DNA of 64,000 nt from a virus. The translations under genes and the position numbers were made by a program. The stretch is from IMG/VR virus record IMGVR_UViG_3300025162_000046, positions 9,816 through 73,815 of that record. One strand, 5' to 3'. Below the pieces are notes generated by a model. It was not told where the DNA came from, did not search any database, and was given only the letters and a program-made list of their open reading frames with translations. Below, one piece after another: positions 38,451 to 49,048 of the stretch. Numbering within the stretch: position 1 is the stretch's first letter; each line of letters starts with the position of its first letter.

Positions 38451-40277
38451 ATGGCAAATCCGATTCAAAAGGCTCCGTGGAAAATATCGTTCGCCCCCAC
38501 TGGTAATGGCCCCTATGCAGTTAAAGTAAGGTTATATGATCTGCTTTTTAATTCAGAGACAGATGTTGCTTGGTATCTTACTGATGGCGCCGGGTTGAAT
38601 CTCCCCCACGATATTATTTTGTTCGACCCTTCAATTTACTCTTCTTCAGGCGGTGGTTCGATATCTCCTCCGGCATTAAGAAACTCTAGACAAAGCCATG
38701 GTTTTTTTCTGACAAAAGTCACGTATGATGCACGTGCAACTTCCACCTGGGTGCCTGATGTATCCTATGCAGCGATACCAGATTCATCTGATGCCCACTA
38801 TAATCAGCAGGGATATTACATTCACGACTCTTCAGCCGCCCTACCTCCCTTAGAAGTAGATTATACGACTATTGCTAACATGACATATTATGATACGTCA
38901 TTAAACTCCACCGTATTCACGGATCTCTTAGACCCCTCGGCGCCCTACGAAACATCAACGAATCCTTACATGTGTTATGTTTCAAGCGTCACTTTAGGCA
39001 TCTCAGGGCTATCTGCAGCCTCATCATCCGCGCTGATCCTCAGTAGTCCTGATTTAGCTCTGCAGGCGACTATTCCCGGATCTTCTTTACAACCATACAC
39101 CCGTATTTGTATGCGAGCAGATATTACTAATTCCGAAATAGTCTCCATACTTCAGTTTTTTACTCGATACGGAATTAATAATGACAACTCCTCGATCCTA
39201 ACCACCCAAGTGCCGGATCTTATTGATCCTACAAAAAACACGCATCTTTTAGACATAGAAATTTGGGTTCGTTGTTCTTTCTTTGCAGATTATATTACTC
39301 CTTCTCCCTTCGAGCAGGATTTAACTACGGGGTCTCAAGTCGCTCACGAGAATCTTATTATTGGTCAAGGAGACTTCTCCCGGTTCACCCGAGAGATCAA
39401 CCCTAATGAAATTATCCCCTATCTCCCCGCAACTCCCCCTCGAAACGACATAACAGGAATAACGCTAGTTGCTGACGCAGGCCTCTTTCCAATCCCTTCT
39501 GTGACGGGCGCCTATAATAGCGCCACCACGGTATCAAATATCCCTGTTGGTTGGGTAAACCCCGAATTACAAAGCGGCGCCATCACAGGAGGCTTAGTAG
39601 CCGTTCCTCTCAAGGGTAACGCATATGTGAGCGGTCGCATTTTCTCCCCGACAATTGATGAGCTTTGGATCTATATCAAAAAACTTGTTGATGGCCAGGG
39701 CACCGGGGCAGTATCCTCTACTTTAACAGAGCCAACAATAAGCCTGCCGGGCGGCCATATTGGCGACCCTATTTCTGCCGACGGCACATCATATGTTGCA
39801 GCGCCTTCGAGTATTTCTTACTCTGTAGACACAACAATACAATCTATAATCAATGCAATTCTTCCTAACAGCTACGCGAATTATGTTCCGATTTCTAATC
39901 CCACACCACGAACTAACCCGTATTCTTTACGAGAGCTAGAATCTATTGTTGATAATCTGCAATATAATTCACGAACAGCCGTGGGCTTCTTTGCTGCAAA
40001 TGCGGTAAGCACCGGCAATATAAATACAAGCATTGGAACAGTATATCAACTACATGCTAATTATACTCCAGAATCCCCCAGCGCCTGGCACTGGTCTGTA
40101 GCTAACACCTATAATGCGGCGGAAAGCGCTATTAATTACGGTGCGGCGCTTCCACAGGCAACAAATTATGATAGGGCGGCTGACTTCATCGCCGGGGACT
40201 CCTATCTATCAGCAGATGGAAAGTGGCATTATTTATTTGATCATGTGCGAATTCCGGTTCTTGCAGAAACTTACTAA
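38451..40277 (+). CDS. Virion structural protein (tail/baseplate)
   Basis: 608 aa Ser/Thr/Pro-rich; in the tail cluster; ACTAATTAG upstream. Confidence 0.6.
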   Translation: MANPIQKAPWKISFAPTGNGPYAVKVRLYDLLFNSETDVAWYLTDGAGLNLPHDIILFDPSIYSSSGGGSISPPALRNSRQSHGFFLTKVTYDARATSTWVPDVSYAAIPDSSDAHYNQQGYYIHDSSAALPPLEVDYTTIANMTYYDTSLNSTVFTDLLDPSAPYETSTNPYMCYVSSVTLGISGLSAASSSALILSSPDLALQATIPGSSLQPYTRICMRADITNSEIVSILQFFTRYGINNDNSSILTTQVPDLIDPTKNTHLLDIEIWVRCSFFADYITPSPFEQDLTTGSQVAHENLIIGQGDFSRFTREINPNEIIPYLPATPPRNDITGITLVADAGLFPIPSVTGAYNSATTVSNIPVGWVNPELQSGAITGGLVAVPLKGNAYVSGRIFSPTIDELWIYIKKLVDGQGTGAVSSTLTEPTISLPGGHIGDPISADGTSYVAAPSSISYSVDTTIQSIINAILPNSYANYVPISNPTPRTNPYSLRELESIVDNLQYNSRTAVGFFAANAVSTGNINTSIGTVYQLHANYTPESPSAWHWSVANTYNAAESAINYGAALPQATNYDRAADFIAGDSYLSADGKWHYLFDHVRIPVLAETY

Positions 40278-40293
40278 TTGATAAGAGGGTATA

Positions 40294-43122
40294 ATGTCAG
40301 CACATAATGAAGGATTAACATGGTTTGCTAGGCGAACGGGCCAATTTCGTTACTCTGTCAACGGCCATGATCAGTGGCTCCAGCCCCTCAGTATCTATAC
40401 CGCTGGCGAAGATGTCAAACGAGGCCAACCTGTCTCTATAGTTGTTCATGCTGATACTCAGGATGCTATTTTACAATCTTATGGCATAGTAACTGCGACT
40501 CAAACAGGCAATGACAATGTAGTCGTTCTTACTCGCTCAGATCGTCACACCTATTCAATCGGCTTTGCAATGGAATCTGTTATCGCGGGTGAGACTATTC
40601 ATGTGTTAGAAAGCGGCCGGCTTTGTTATTTGGCAACAAATAGTGCAACGGAATATTGGCCGGGTATTTTCACCGACGCGTCGCGCGGACTTATGGTATA
40701 TGCAGGCCCCGCCGCAGGATCTTTTACCTTCAGTTCTGTTGAGGCGGTCACGGGAGGCCGCAATCTAATTCAATTAGGATCTATTTCTAATACGATAATC
40801 TCAGGGGCGAATCTTACTGAAGTAGATATTGAAGTATCAATCACCGGTGATGGTCGCGGGCCTATCGATAACACCCAGTTTGAAATGGTGACAGGCGAGG
40901 TGATTGATTATACCGGCTCCCCCCCTTACAACTTCCCCCCTCTATGCGCTATTTCAGATGGAACCGTAGGTATCGCAGGAACCGCTATTCTTGCCGATAG
41001 TAGATTTAGGAACAAATCGAATGTAATTGGCTTTATGCTTAACGCATCGCAAGTAGCCCCCTTCCCAATTGGTTCTAATTGCATCTTTCTTCGTAAAGGC
41101 AGATTGAATGTTTCTGGCGCCGTTAATGCTCTTATTCCCGGCGCCCGTTATTATTTAGCTAATGATGGCCAAATCACTACCTCAAGTGGATCAGTAGTTT
41201 ATCCTAATGCATTGGTAGAGGTGGGGACTGCGGTGTCCGCCACGGAACTCATTGTTGATATTAGTTTACCTCTCCTTGGAGTTTCTGACTATCCATTAGG
41301 AACACTCCGGCCTCTAACCGGTGACAATACCGTCTCTGGTTATTTGGTTTGCGATGGTATTCTCCAACATTTAATTATTGACTATGTAGAATTTTACAAC
41401 TGGGCGCTAACTCAACCGCTAAATTCCGTTATCACTATTGTTGGTGCTGCCCCCGGACATTTCATAGTGGCCGAACAAATCAACCCGGCGTCGTCACTTC
41501 CCTTCCAGATCGTGGCCTATACCCCCAGTTACGAACCTCTATCCACTATCACAGATTATCGACGAGAAACAGGCACAACATCTATCACAGGCACTCTCAC
41601 GATGGACCTCACTCCCTTCACTATCAGCGGCCCTCAAAACAGTATAGGATTGGCCCTCGACCAATTTCTTCCTGAACTATTTATAGATATTGGTGGGATC
41701 TCGACAAAAGTTTCGGCGGATTCATGGACACTCTCAGGGACTATTCTCACCGGAACAGTAGCCGCCCACACTAACGCGGCATACATCTTAGTTGTTTATC
41801 GACCGGAGGCCCTTGCTAGATATCAAGAAGCAACAAATATCCTGAGTGTAGTTAATACCTCCAGTGGCTACGCCATTAACTCAACCGCCATGATAGATCG
41901 ACTTCAAAACGACGGAATAGCAGAAACACTTATCTTAGGCAGTAATGTTTCAGGATCCATTGTAAGAATTTTAGGTAATGTGCAATTCGGGGATAGTAGT
42001 GCGTTGGATGGTTTGACTATTGAAGGTCAGATTGTTGTCAAAACGGATGGGGGTGTGCAAACCCTTTCTATTGATAATGCAACGGGGCTCATAACCGCAG
42101 TAAACACCGCCCAAAATTATCCGTCCGCTGATGGCCATCTTGTTAATAAAGCATATTCCGATTTACATGGAATACATACAACAGTAGCTATCGGTGGATC
42201 AATCGTTAATGGGTCTTTTACTAATACAGCAACAGTTCATGGTATTTCAATGGGGGCAACTGGCGGGTTTGATGCAGATATGATTGATGAGCGCCATGTG
42301 GGTGGCTATGGCTGGAGATCCGACTCAGTGCCGACGGCCTCAAGCGGAGTTCCTGTGGCCAGATCAGCCTGGGTTCCTGAAATCACTTCCACCGGTGTGG
42401 CCGAATTGGGTAGTCAAGTCAATTTTTACTTGACTTCATTTGTCGCAAAACCGGCAGTGGGGCTTATAGCAACATCTTTAATAATCAAAGGGACTACCTC
42501 TGGCAACCCCTCGTATGCTCCCACTAATCCTTACCTGCAAATACTTAATAATGGTTCAAGTCTACTACAAGCCGTTCAAATTGGTAATCCTATTGCCGGC
42601 AACGCAGTAAATTTAATTTCTGTTAATAATTCACTTCTAGTTACTAGTGACAGCACCCCCAACGCAGCCCCTGTATCGTGGGCCACGATCAAAGCAGCGG
42701 CATTCCAGACAGTATCTACTATTCAAGCAAAGAAAAAAGTCATTCCTTTTACAAAATCAGGCCTTGAAATTATTAAAGAGACAGAAATAGTTCAGTATGA
42801 GCTTAAAACCGAAGACAGGCTACGAGTAGGTTTCATAGCGGAATGGACTGATGAACTTTTAGCAGGAAAGAATCATGATGAGAATGATCTTGGCACTACT
42901 CTTGGAGTAGCGCTTAAAGCCATTCAAGAACTCGCTGCGCTTGGTGAAGAATTGCAGAAAGATAATAAAAAACTACAGCAGGAGATTGAGGTTTTAAAAG
43001 AGACAGCTATTCAACAGCTCAAAGATGATAAGGAACTGTTGAAAGAAGAGATCGAAGTCTTAAAAACAGCGGCTATTAAAGCTAAACTTCCTGTTATGAT
43101 TGTTCCTCTTGATCTCACTTAA
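40294..43122 (+). CDS. Tail fibre with C-terminal intramolecular chaperone (peptidase S74-like)
   Basis: FQTVSTIQAKKKV...VGFIAE...ALKAIQEL plus coiled coil; collar-like GYLVCDG. Confidence 0.75.
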   Translation: MSAHNEGLTWFARRTGQFRYSVNGHDQWLQPLSIYTAGEDVKRGQPVSIVVHADTQDAILQSYGIVTATQTGNDNVVVLTRSDRHTYSIGFAMESVIAGETIHVLESGRLCYLATNSATEYWPGIFTDASRGLMVYAGPAAGSFTFSSVEAVTGGRNLIQLGSISNTIISGANLTEVDIEVSITGDGRGPIDNTQFEMVTGEVIDYTGSPPYNFPPLCAISDGTVGIAGTAILADSRFRNKSNVIGFMLNASQVAPFPIGSNCIFLRKGRLNVSGAVNALIPGARYYLANDGQITTSSGSVVYPNALVEVGTAVSATELIVDISLPLLGVSDYPLGTLRPLTGDNTVSGYLVCDGILQHLIIDYVEFYNWALTQPLNSVITIVGAAPGHFIVAEQINPASSLPFQIVAYTPSYEPLSTITDYRRETGTTSITGTLTMDLTPFTISGPQNSIGLALDQFLPELFIDIGGISTKVSADSWTLSGTILTGTVAAHTNAAYILVVYRPEALARYQEATNILSVVNTSSGYAINSTAMIDRLQNDGIAETLILGSNVSGSIVRILGNVQFGDSSALDGLTIEGQIVVKTDGGVQTLSIDNATGLITAVNTAQNYPSADGHLVNKAYSDLHGIHTTVAIGGSIVNGSFTNTATVHGISMGATGGFDADMIDERHVGGYGWRSDSVPTASSGVPVARSAWVPEITSTGVAELGSQVNFYLTSFVAKPAVGLIATSLIIKGTTSGNPSYAPTNPYLQILNNGSSLLQAVQIGNPIAGNAVNLISVNNSLLVTSDSTPNAAPVSWATIKAAAFQTVSTIQAKKKVIPFTKSGLEIIKETEIVQYELKTEDRLRVGFIAEWTDELLAGKNHDENDLGTTLGVALKAIQELAALGEELQKDNKKLQQEIEVLKETAIQQLKDDKELLKEEIEVLKTAAIKAKLPVMIVPLDLT

Positions 43123-43628
43123 GACTTTTTAACCTTATCATCGACAACTTCTGTGATAGCCGCTAATGCATTATTCCCGTGCATAGCTTCGAGGATCTGA
43201 TTTAACTGGACAATTCCTTGCAACACATCTTTGCTGGCTTTTTTGAAAACTTTTTCATCCGTGTATGAGGAAGACCCCGGTAATTGATGCGTCTCTATTT
43301 CAGCATGGACTTTTGCAGCCTGTATCCCCATGATCGGATTAATAATCGTAGACATGGCGCCTGTATTTCCACCCTGAACTTGGGTATAAAAATCCATCAA
43401 TTGTTTTACATTCGCCTCACCCAACCGGACAAGAATCGCCTCTTTAATTTCCGATTCAAAGTCTCTATTATCCTGAACATGCCTAAAGCTATCTCTGACG
43501 AATTCAGTCAAGGAAGACTCAATAGAGGAGACAGGGTCATCAATCCTAACAGCAGTGACAGCGGCAGACTCTTGCCCCATAGAATCGCTTAGTTGATTAA
43601 GCATTTGCATCGAAGTTCCTTCATTCAT
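43119..43628 (-). CDS. Hypothetical protein
   Basis: 169 aa, helical. Confidence 0.65.
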   Translation of the reverse strand: MNEGTSMQMLNQLSDSMGQESAAVTAVRIDDPVSSIESSLTEFVRDSFRHVQDNRDFESEIKEAILVRLGEANVKQLMDFYTQVQGGNTGAMSTIINPIMGIQAAKVHAEIETHQLPGSSSYTDEKVFKKASKDVLQGIVQLNQILEAMHGNNALAAITEVVDDKVKKS

Positions 43629-44058
43629 AATTGCCTGCTCCGTGCAATCGCATTTTCATACGATCCGCAATATACTTGAGAAAGGATTGATACTGTTGCA
43701 TTCTGATCCCGTATTTGATTGTGGGAAGTTCTGAGTCGCCGATCAACTCTTTAATTTCCGTCCACTCTTTGCCTTCAATATTTTTATAATAATAGCATAT
43801 AGCAAGTTGGATTGTATCTTTGAAATCTTCTTTGCGCGGGAAAATAATTGTTTTTCCGTCGAGTAGCTGTAAAAGATCCGTGAATCTATCCAACCCCAAA
43901 AGGTCATAAACTTCCACTAAAGATAATAGTGCTTCATTCTTTTCTGCATTCTTGAAAAGATGTAGACGGATAATATCTTCAATTATTTTCTTTGATTGAT
44001 CTGTCTTGATTGTTTCCTGCACCTTCTGTTGAAATACAGACTTGGGGGTCTTATACAT
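43621..44058 (-). CDS. Putative Mor/C-like transcription regulator
   Basis: LVEVYDLLGLDRFTDLLQLLDGKTIIFPRKED resembles the Mor dimerisation segment. Confidence 0.45.
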   Translation of the reverse strand: MYKTPKSVFQQKVQETIKTDQSKKIIEDIIRLHLFKNAEKNEALLSLVEVYDLLGLDRFTDLLQLLDGKTIIFPRKEDFKDTIQLAICYYYKNIEGKEWTEIKELIGDSELPTIKYGIRMQQYQSFLKYIADRMKMRLHGAGNYE

Positions 44059-44130
44059 GTTTTATGTCTCCTCGTAATTAGTGGCGCATTAAAAATCCAA
44101 AGGTATACTAATTATCTTAGAGGGTAAATT

Positions 44131-44742
44131 ATGACAGACACACAGCATTTTATGGTCTCAATAGATGAAGGAAATTCGCAAGGCGTTTATTGCGCATATT
44201 GCGGAGAAAAAATAATTCCCTCCAAAGATGATTTAGGGGGGTATAGTTTTCAGTGCTCCTGTAATGACGCATTAAGCGAGCAGCGCCTATACCAGATGAA
44301 GGCAGATGTAGAAAAAGAACTTGGAGCATTTCTTCAAGAGAAAACTACCTCAATGCAAATCAACGAAATCCGCACGCGCATCGTTATTTACGAGCAGCAT
44401 ACACATGGATTGAAAATAAAATTACAAGAATTGATGAATAGAGAAGCAGGAGTTGTTCCTGAGGAAGGAGTCTCTACCCTGGTAGTAAAACTCCCTGAGC
44501 CAGAGGAAGTTCCTATGGAACTTTTTGATGAAGTGTTTGTAGGGCCCGAGGACGAGAGCAATCTCGCTCAGGCTGACCTTCATGTTTCCTCGAATTTTTC
44601 TATCCCTGAAGAAATACCAGAAGGAGAAGAGCTATCAGAAGAGGCATTTGAAGAAATTGTTCTCCCCGCTGAAGAGTTACCCATTATTGAAGAATCTGTT
44701 CCTTTTGCTGAGGAATTTGAAGAAGAAGAGGGTATACTATAA
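44131..44742 (+). CDS. Hypothetical protein with zinc ribbon and acidic tail
   Basis: CAYCG...CSC; Glu-rich C-terminus. Confidence 0.7.
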   Translation: MTDTQHFMVSIDEGNSQGVYCAYCGEKIIPSKDDLGGYSFQCSCNDALSEQRLYQMKADVEKELGAFLQEKTTSMQINEIRTRIVIYEQHTHGLKIKLQELMNREAGVVPEEGVSTLVVKLPEPEEVPMELFDEVFVGPEDESNLAQADLHVSSNFSIPEEIPEGEELSEEAFEEIVLPAEELPIIEESVPFAEEFEEEEGIL

Positions 44743-44780
44743 ACAGGATATCATTGACCCCGATGTCCTCTCTCCTCCTT

Positions 44781-44806
44781 AAACCCAGCTAACCACTGGG
44801 TTTTTT
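44781..44806 (+). terminator. Rho-independent terminator
   Basis: AAACCCAG-loop-CTGGGTTTTTT. Confidence 0.7.
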
Positions 44807-44849
44807 ATGCGCGAATGATTTTCTGCGGTGTATATTTATCAAGAGAGGA

Positions 44850-45128
44850 GTGTATATGGAACTCAACTTATCTATTACTGAGATTGATAATGGGTATCTG
44901 GTTCATACGGGAGGATCAACCTTCCAGTCCCTCGCTGCAACGAATCGCGCGTTTGTCGGCTCTAAGGATAATCCAACAGTCGCAGAGGAGTTCTTGCAAT
45001 TCGTCAGCGAGGAAATCCTGTTCAAACTAATGGGCCGCTCTAAGCACTTTGGAGGGAATATACACGGGCGAGTCAAAGTAGAAGTCTCGTTCACCGAAGA
45101 TCCTGACAACCCGGTCGAAATGCACTAA
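44850..45128 (+). CDS. Hypothetical protein
   Basis: About 90 aa, GAGGAG RBS (ATG probably 44856). Confidence 0.65.
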   Translation: MYMELNLSITEIDNGYLVHTGGSTFQSLAATNRAFVGSKDNPTVAEEFLQFVSEEILFKLMGRSKHFGGNIHGRVKVEVSFTEDPDNPVEMH

Positions 45129-45163
45129 AAGAATTGTTATATTAGACTCACGAAGGAGAGATA

Positions 45164-46816
45164 ATGTCTAAAGATATGTTATATGGAGAGGACGCAAGAA
45201 AAAAGCTGATGTCGGGAATTACCAAACTTTCAGAAGCCGTTTCAACTACTTTAGGACCTCGCGGTCGCAATGTTATTATCACGCGCCAATTCGGTTCGCC
45301 CCTTATTACTAAGGATGGCGTGACGGTAGCAAAGGAAATCGATCTTAAAGATCCCTATGAAAATATGGGCGCACAGCTTATTAAAGAAGCCGCGACCAGA
45401 ACAAATACCCAAGCAGGTGATGGGACCACTACAGCAACTGTGCTCGCATATGCCATTGCTAAAGAAGGCATAAAAATGGTAGCGACGGGGTATGATCCTA
45501 TCTCTATCAAGAGAGGTATCGATGAAGGCGTGAGAGTCGCACTTGCCGCACTCGACAATATCAAACGAGATGTCAAAACCAAAGAAGACATTCTCAACAT
45601 AGCCACAATCTCCGCGAATGGAGATACTGAAGTGGGTCAGCAAATCGCCGATGCCATGGAGCATGTTGGTAATGATGGCGTCGTGACGGTTGAAGAATCC
45701 CGCACCATGAATACCTATGTGGATTATGTAGAAGGCATGCAACTTGACCGTGGATATATGTCGCCGTATTTTGCTACGGATGAGCATATGAATTGCACTC
45801 TCGAAGCGCCCTACATTCTTGTAACTAATAAGACCATTTCCAATCTTCAAAGCATAGTTCCTCTACTCACAATGCTTCAGCGAGCAGATAGACCTTTGCT
45901 CATCATTGCGGATAATGTTGAGGGTTCGGCTATGCAAGCCCTTATTATCAATAGTATGAAGGGCGTTCTCAAATCCTGCGCTATTCGAAGTCCCGGGTAT
46001 GGTGAACATCGATTTGAATTCCTTAAGGATATTGCAATTCTCACTGGCGCTACTTATGTCGATGAAGGGGCGGGAATGGAGTTTGCAACTCTCTCCCTGG
46101 AAAGCCTTGGTCAGGCGGGTAAAGTAAAAATCACAGCGCAGAGCACTACTATTATCGAGGGCGCAGGAACACCAGAGGCGCTGGCAGGTCGAGTAGATCA
46201 GCTTCGTATGCTTCTTAATGAATCATCGTCCGATTATGAGAAAGAGAAGTATCAAGAGCGTATCGCTAAACTCGCTGGTGGCGTAGCTATTATCAATGTC
46301 GGAGCAAACTCCGAAGTTGAGATGAAAGAGAAGAAGCACAGAGTTGAAGACGCTCTCTCAGCTACTCGCGCCGCTCTTGAAGAAGGTATTGTTCCTGGCG
46401 GTGGACTGTCCCTCGTCTACGCAGCAACACAAATGAACAATCTGAAAGCCCCTCAGGGATGGACAGAGGCTCATGCCGCTGGTTATCGAATCGTGCAAAA
46501 AGCCCTCGAAGAACCGATGCGCAAGATAGCGGATAACGCCGGGGTAAGCGGTGATGTTGTTGTTGGTAAGGTTCTTGAAACTTTCGAAGCAAATAACACG
46601 CTTCTTAAAAAAATTGATTCTTACTATCAGGGGTATAACGCAGCCTCGGGCGAATGGGTTGACATGTATGTGGCGGGAGTCATCGACCCTGTCAAAGTCA
46701 CACGGTCAGCATTGCAGAACGCGGGCTCGGTAGCAGGAATGCTCTTGACTACTGAGTGTGCTATTGTAGATCTTCCTGAGCCGCAGCAGCCAATGCCCCA
46801 GATGCCAGAGATGTAA
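45164..46816 (+). CDS. groEL: Chaperonin GroEL
   Basis: TTLGPRGRNV, ITKDGVTVAKEI, AGDGTTTATVLA, EGMQLDRGY, GIVPGGG, GVIDPVKVTRSAL. Confidence 0.97.
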   Translation: MSKDMLYGEDARKKLMSGITKLSEAVSTTLGPRGRNVIITRQFGSPLITKDGVTVAKEIDLKDPYENMGAQLIKEAATRTNTQAGDGTTTATVLAYAIAKEGIKMVATGYDPISIKRGIDEGVRVALAALDNIKRDVKTKEDILNIATISANGDTEVGQQIADAMEHVGNDGVVTVEESRTMNTYVDYVEGMQLDRGYMSPYFATDEHMNCTLEAPYILVTNKTISNLQSIVPLLTMLQRADRPLLIIADNVEGSAMQALIINSMKGVLKSCAIRSPGYGEHRFEFLKDIAILTGATYVDEGAGMEFATLSLESLGQAGKVKITAQSTTIIEGAGTPEALAGRVDQLRMLLNESSSDYEKEKYQERIAKLAGGVAIINVGANSEVEMKEKKHRVEDALSATRAALEEGIVPGGGLSLVYAATQMNNLKAPQGWTEAHAAGYRIVQKALEEPMRKIADNAGVSGDVVVGKVLETFEANNTLLKKIDSYYQGYNAASGEWVDMYVAGVIDPVKVTRSALQNAGSVAGMLLTTECAIVDLPEPQQPMPQMPEM

Positions 46817-46829
46817 TAAGGGAGAGATT

Positions 46830-47096
46830 ATGGCTCGTCAAGCAAAACTGCATATAGTATACCAAGCAAGAGTAACCCCTATTCTAAAATGGCCGCATCG
46901 AAAAATAGTAGTCAATTTTGATTCCCAATTGGTATTTCCTACTTTTGAACTTGCGGAGAAATTCGCTCCATATTATGTTCGACAATTGATCGAGATTGGT
47001 GTGCTGAATATCAATGACAAGTATGAAGTTGGGGTTATTCAACTTAATGTTTTTGATGGTGCTATCGACGCCAATGGAGTGGAGGCTGCATCATGA
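46830..47096 (+). CDS. Hypothetical protein
   Basis: 88 aa, GGAGAG RBS. Confidence 0.65.
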   Translation: MARQAKLHIVYQARVTPILKWPHRKIVVNFDSQLVFPTFELAEKFAPYYVRQLIEIGVLNINDKYEVGVIQLNVFDGAIDANGVEAAS

Positions 47097-47509
47097 GTGA
47101 CGACGGAGTGCATGTTGATTATACCACCATTATGAATAGCGCCACAATAGATTTTCCTTCAATGTATGAAGTAGTAATTGGTAGGTTTTTCGATGAAAAG
47201 GTAGGAGAAAAAACTCATCCGATGACGGATGAGTTGTGTGAGAAGCTCAAAGCCAAAAGAGATTTTGGATTGAAAAAATATGGCGAGCACTCTTTTCAAA
47301 GCTCATTTCAAAATGCAATGACTTCTCCCGTGCTTGACCATCTTGAAGAAGAGTTGCTTGATTCTATTAACTATCTCTTGCATATTAAATTTCAATTACT
47401 TTTTATGTCGACAACTTCGACATTCCCCGACGCCGCTCTTGGCCAGATAATGGCTACATATAGCCAACTCAAATTTCTTAAAAAAACCCTTGAAAATCCA
47501 GGTGCCTAA
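47093..47509 (+). CDS. Hypothetical protein, possibly an all-alpha NTP pyrophosphatase-like fold
   Basis: KRDFGLKKYG...LDHLEEELLDSINYL. Confidence 0.45.
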   Translation: MSDDGVHVDYTTIMNSATIDFPSMYEVVIGRFFDEKVGEKTHPMTDELCEKLKAKRDFGLKKYGEHSFQSSFQNAMTSPVLDHLEEELLDSINYLLHIKFQLLFMSTTSTFPDAALGQIMATYSQLKFLKKTLENPGA

Positions 47510-47799
47510 TGGGTTTGATAACTTATCCTCTTAGATTTTTCAATGCCTCAGAACCCGCTCAGATGATCATGCAATCTAACCCCGGGTCCGTCTTGGATGC
47601 AACGATGCCGCCAGGATTGCTTATGCCTCTGTGTGTGGCGTGTAATACGGGCGAGGGAATTCTTCGCGAGGAAAAGGAAGCTCTCTTCAGGTATCGTTGT
47701 GTTATCTGCGGGTTTGAAACTGATTGGGGTGATCGGGATATGGTTGCTCAACAATGGGCCAATTGCAACGATCCAAATATTCCGACTAATTTAATATGA
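47509..47799 (+). CDS. Zinc-ribbon protein (Lar-like)
   Basis: CVAC...RCVICG...QQWAN. Confidence 0.5.
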   Translation: MGLITYPLRFFNASEPAQMIMQSNPGSVLDATMPPGLLMPLCVACNTGEGILREEKEALFRYRCVICGFETDWGDRDMVAQQWANCNDPNIPTNLI

Positions 47800-48056
47800 C
47801 AACACTATTCTCACCCGGGGACATTGTATTTGTGCCTAATATGTGTTCTCTATACTCTATGTCATACTACGGAGAGCATAAGAAAGAAGGCCTGGGATGT
47901 CCTTGCAAATGGGTGCATGCAAAAGCAAAAGTAACACATTTACACGGCAACTTCGCTCATGTGGTCGATCTGACAAATGTGGATCATAAGACAGCCTTTT
48001 ATCATCTCGATCTCACTTTAGTGCAGCGAGCAGGAGCAGAAGATGGACAAGATTGA
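47796..48056 (+). CDS. Hypothetical protein
   Basis: 86 aa, translationally coupled on both sides. Confidence 0.6.
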   Translation: MTTLFSPGDIVFVPNMCSLYSMSYYGEHKKEGLGCPCKWVHAKAKVTHLHGNFAHVVDLTNVDHKTAFYHLDLTLVQRAGAEDGQD

Positions 48057-48570
48057 AAAGGAATTATCAATAGGAACGATCATAACAGACGGACAATACA
48101 TTCTTGCTTGTCGACCCTACGGCCGTAAGGATAAGGAGCATTCGTTCGACTTGCCTAAAGGCAGGTGGGAGGAGGGAGAAACCTACATTGAAACCGCTGT
48201 TCGAGAATGTAAAGAAGAAACGGGGTTTGATCTGTGGCCTGACCATCTTATCGCTCTTGGCAGGTTTGAGTATATACCTACTAAGGACTTGTATCTCTTT
48301 CTTGTGGCCCTCGATTTTATGCCTGAGCATAGCACTTTGAAGTGTCCCTCGAAATTCGAAGTAGACGGGAAGCAAGTCCCCGAAGTAATAGGATATAAGA
48401 ATGTTCCGATCACAGAGTTACATTGGTTTTTTAGATCAATGGAACCTGTCATCAAAGCGGCTCTTGAAAATTTCGATAAACGAATTGAAGAGGACCCTGA
48501 GGCGCAGGTGGCGCTCCCCGAAAAAAATTCACAAGAAGAAATAGAAAACCGAAAACAGCCGGTATATTAG
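48043..48570 (+). CDS. Nudix hydrolase
   Basis: Nudix box PKGRWEEGETYIETAVRECKEETG. Confidence 0.92.
   Translation: MDKIEKELSIGTIITDGQYILACRPYGRKDKEHSFDLPKGRWEEGETYIETAVRECKEETGFDLWPDHLIALGRFEYIPTKDLYLFLVALDFMPEHSTLKCPSKFEVDGKQVPEVIGYKNVPITELHWFFRSMEPVIKAALENFDKRIEEDPEAQVALPEKNSQEEIENRKQPVY
48563..48570 (+). promoter_or_regulatory. Representative copy of the TATATTAG putative early/middle promoter element
   Basis: Recurs upstream of primase, sbcD, groEL, sbcC, the DnaC-like gene and two endonucleases. Confidence 0.55.
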
Positions 48571-48577
48571 TTATAAT

Positions 48578-49003
48578 ATGATTACTCTAAACAGTTTGAC
48601 TATCAAAAACTTTATCTGCGTTGAGTCCGCCGATTTCGATTTTATCAACAACTATATCACAGTTTTCTTTGGGGCGAATGGTAGCGGCAAATGCATCGAA
48701 GGCTCTACAAGAATCAAAACCAAACAATTCGGGGAACTCCCAATTAAAGAACTTTTTAAGAAATTGGAAGTTTCACCTTCTGTTAAAATGGCTCTTCCCA
48801 AAGAAGGACTTGAAGTTTGGACTGATGAGGGGTGGAAATCCATTGAGGCATTCTGGATCACCCCGCCCGAGCCTTTGTGGGAACTGGAATTAGATGATGG
48901 TATAGTTCTGCGAGCCAGTGCAGACCATCGTGTAATGACGCAGCGCGGCTGGGTGAAGCTAAAGGATCTCCAGGAATCAGATGAGATTCTGCGGGAAGAA
49001 TGA
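48578..49003 (+). CDS. sbcC: SbcC/Rad50 (gp46-like) N-terminal 38 aa fused to split intein N-fragment
   Basis: LTIKNF...GANGSGK, then Cys1 at 48692 (CIEGSTRI...RASADHRVMTQRGWVKLKDL) and a stop. Confidence 0.9.
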   Translation: MITLNSLTIKNFICVESADFDFINNYITVFFGANGSGKCIEGSTRIKTKQFGELPIKELFKKLEVSPSVKMALPKEGLEVWTDEGWKSIEAFWITPPEPLWELELDDGIVLRASADHRVMTQRGWVKLKDLQESDEILREE

Positions 49004-49048
49004 CAATCTATCCGGATACTCCCTACTAATTAATTCAGGGGATTTATC

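Noticed and set aside
44850-47096. Small genes flanking groEL as GroES
   Set aside because: No PLxDRV or mobile-loop GGI motif in either
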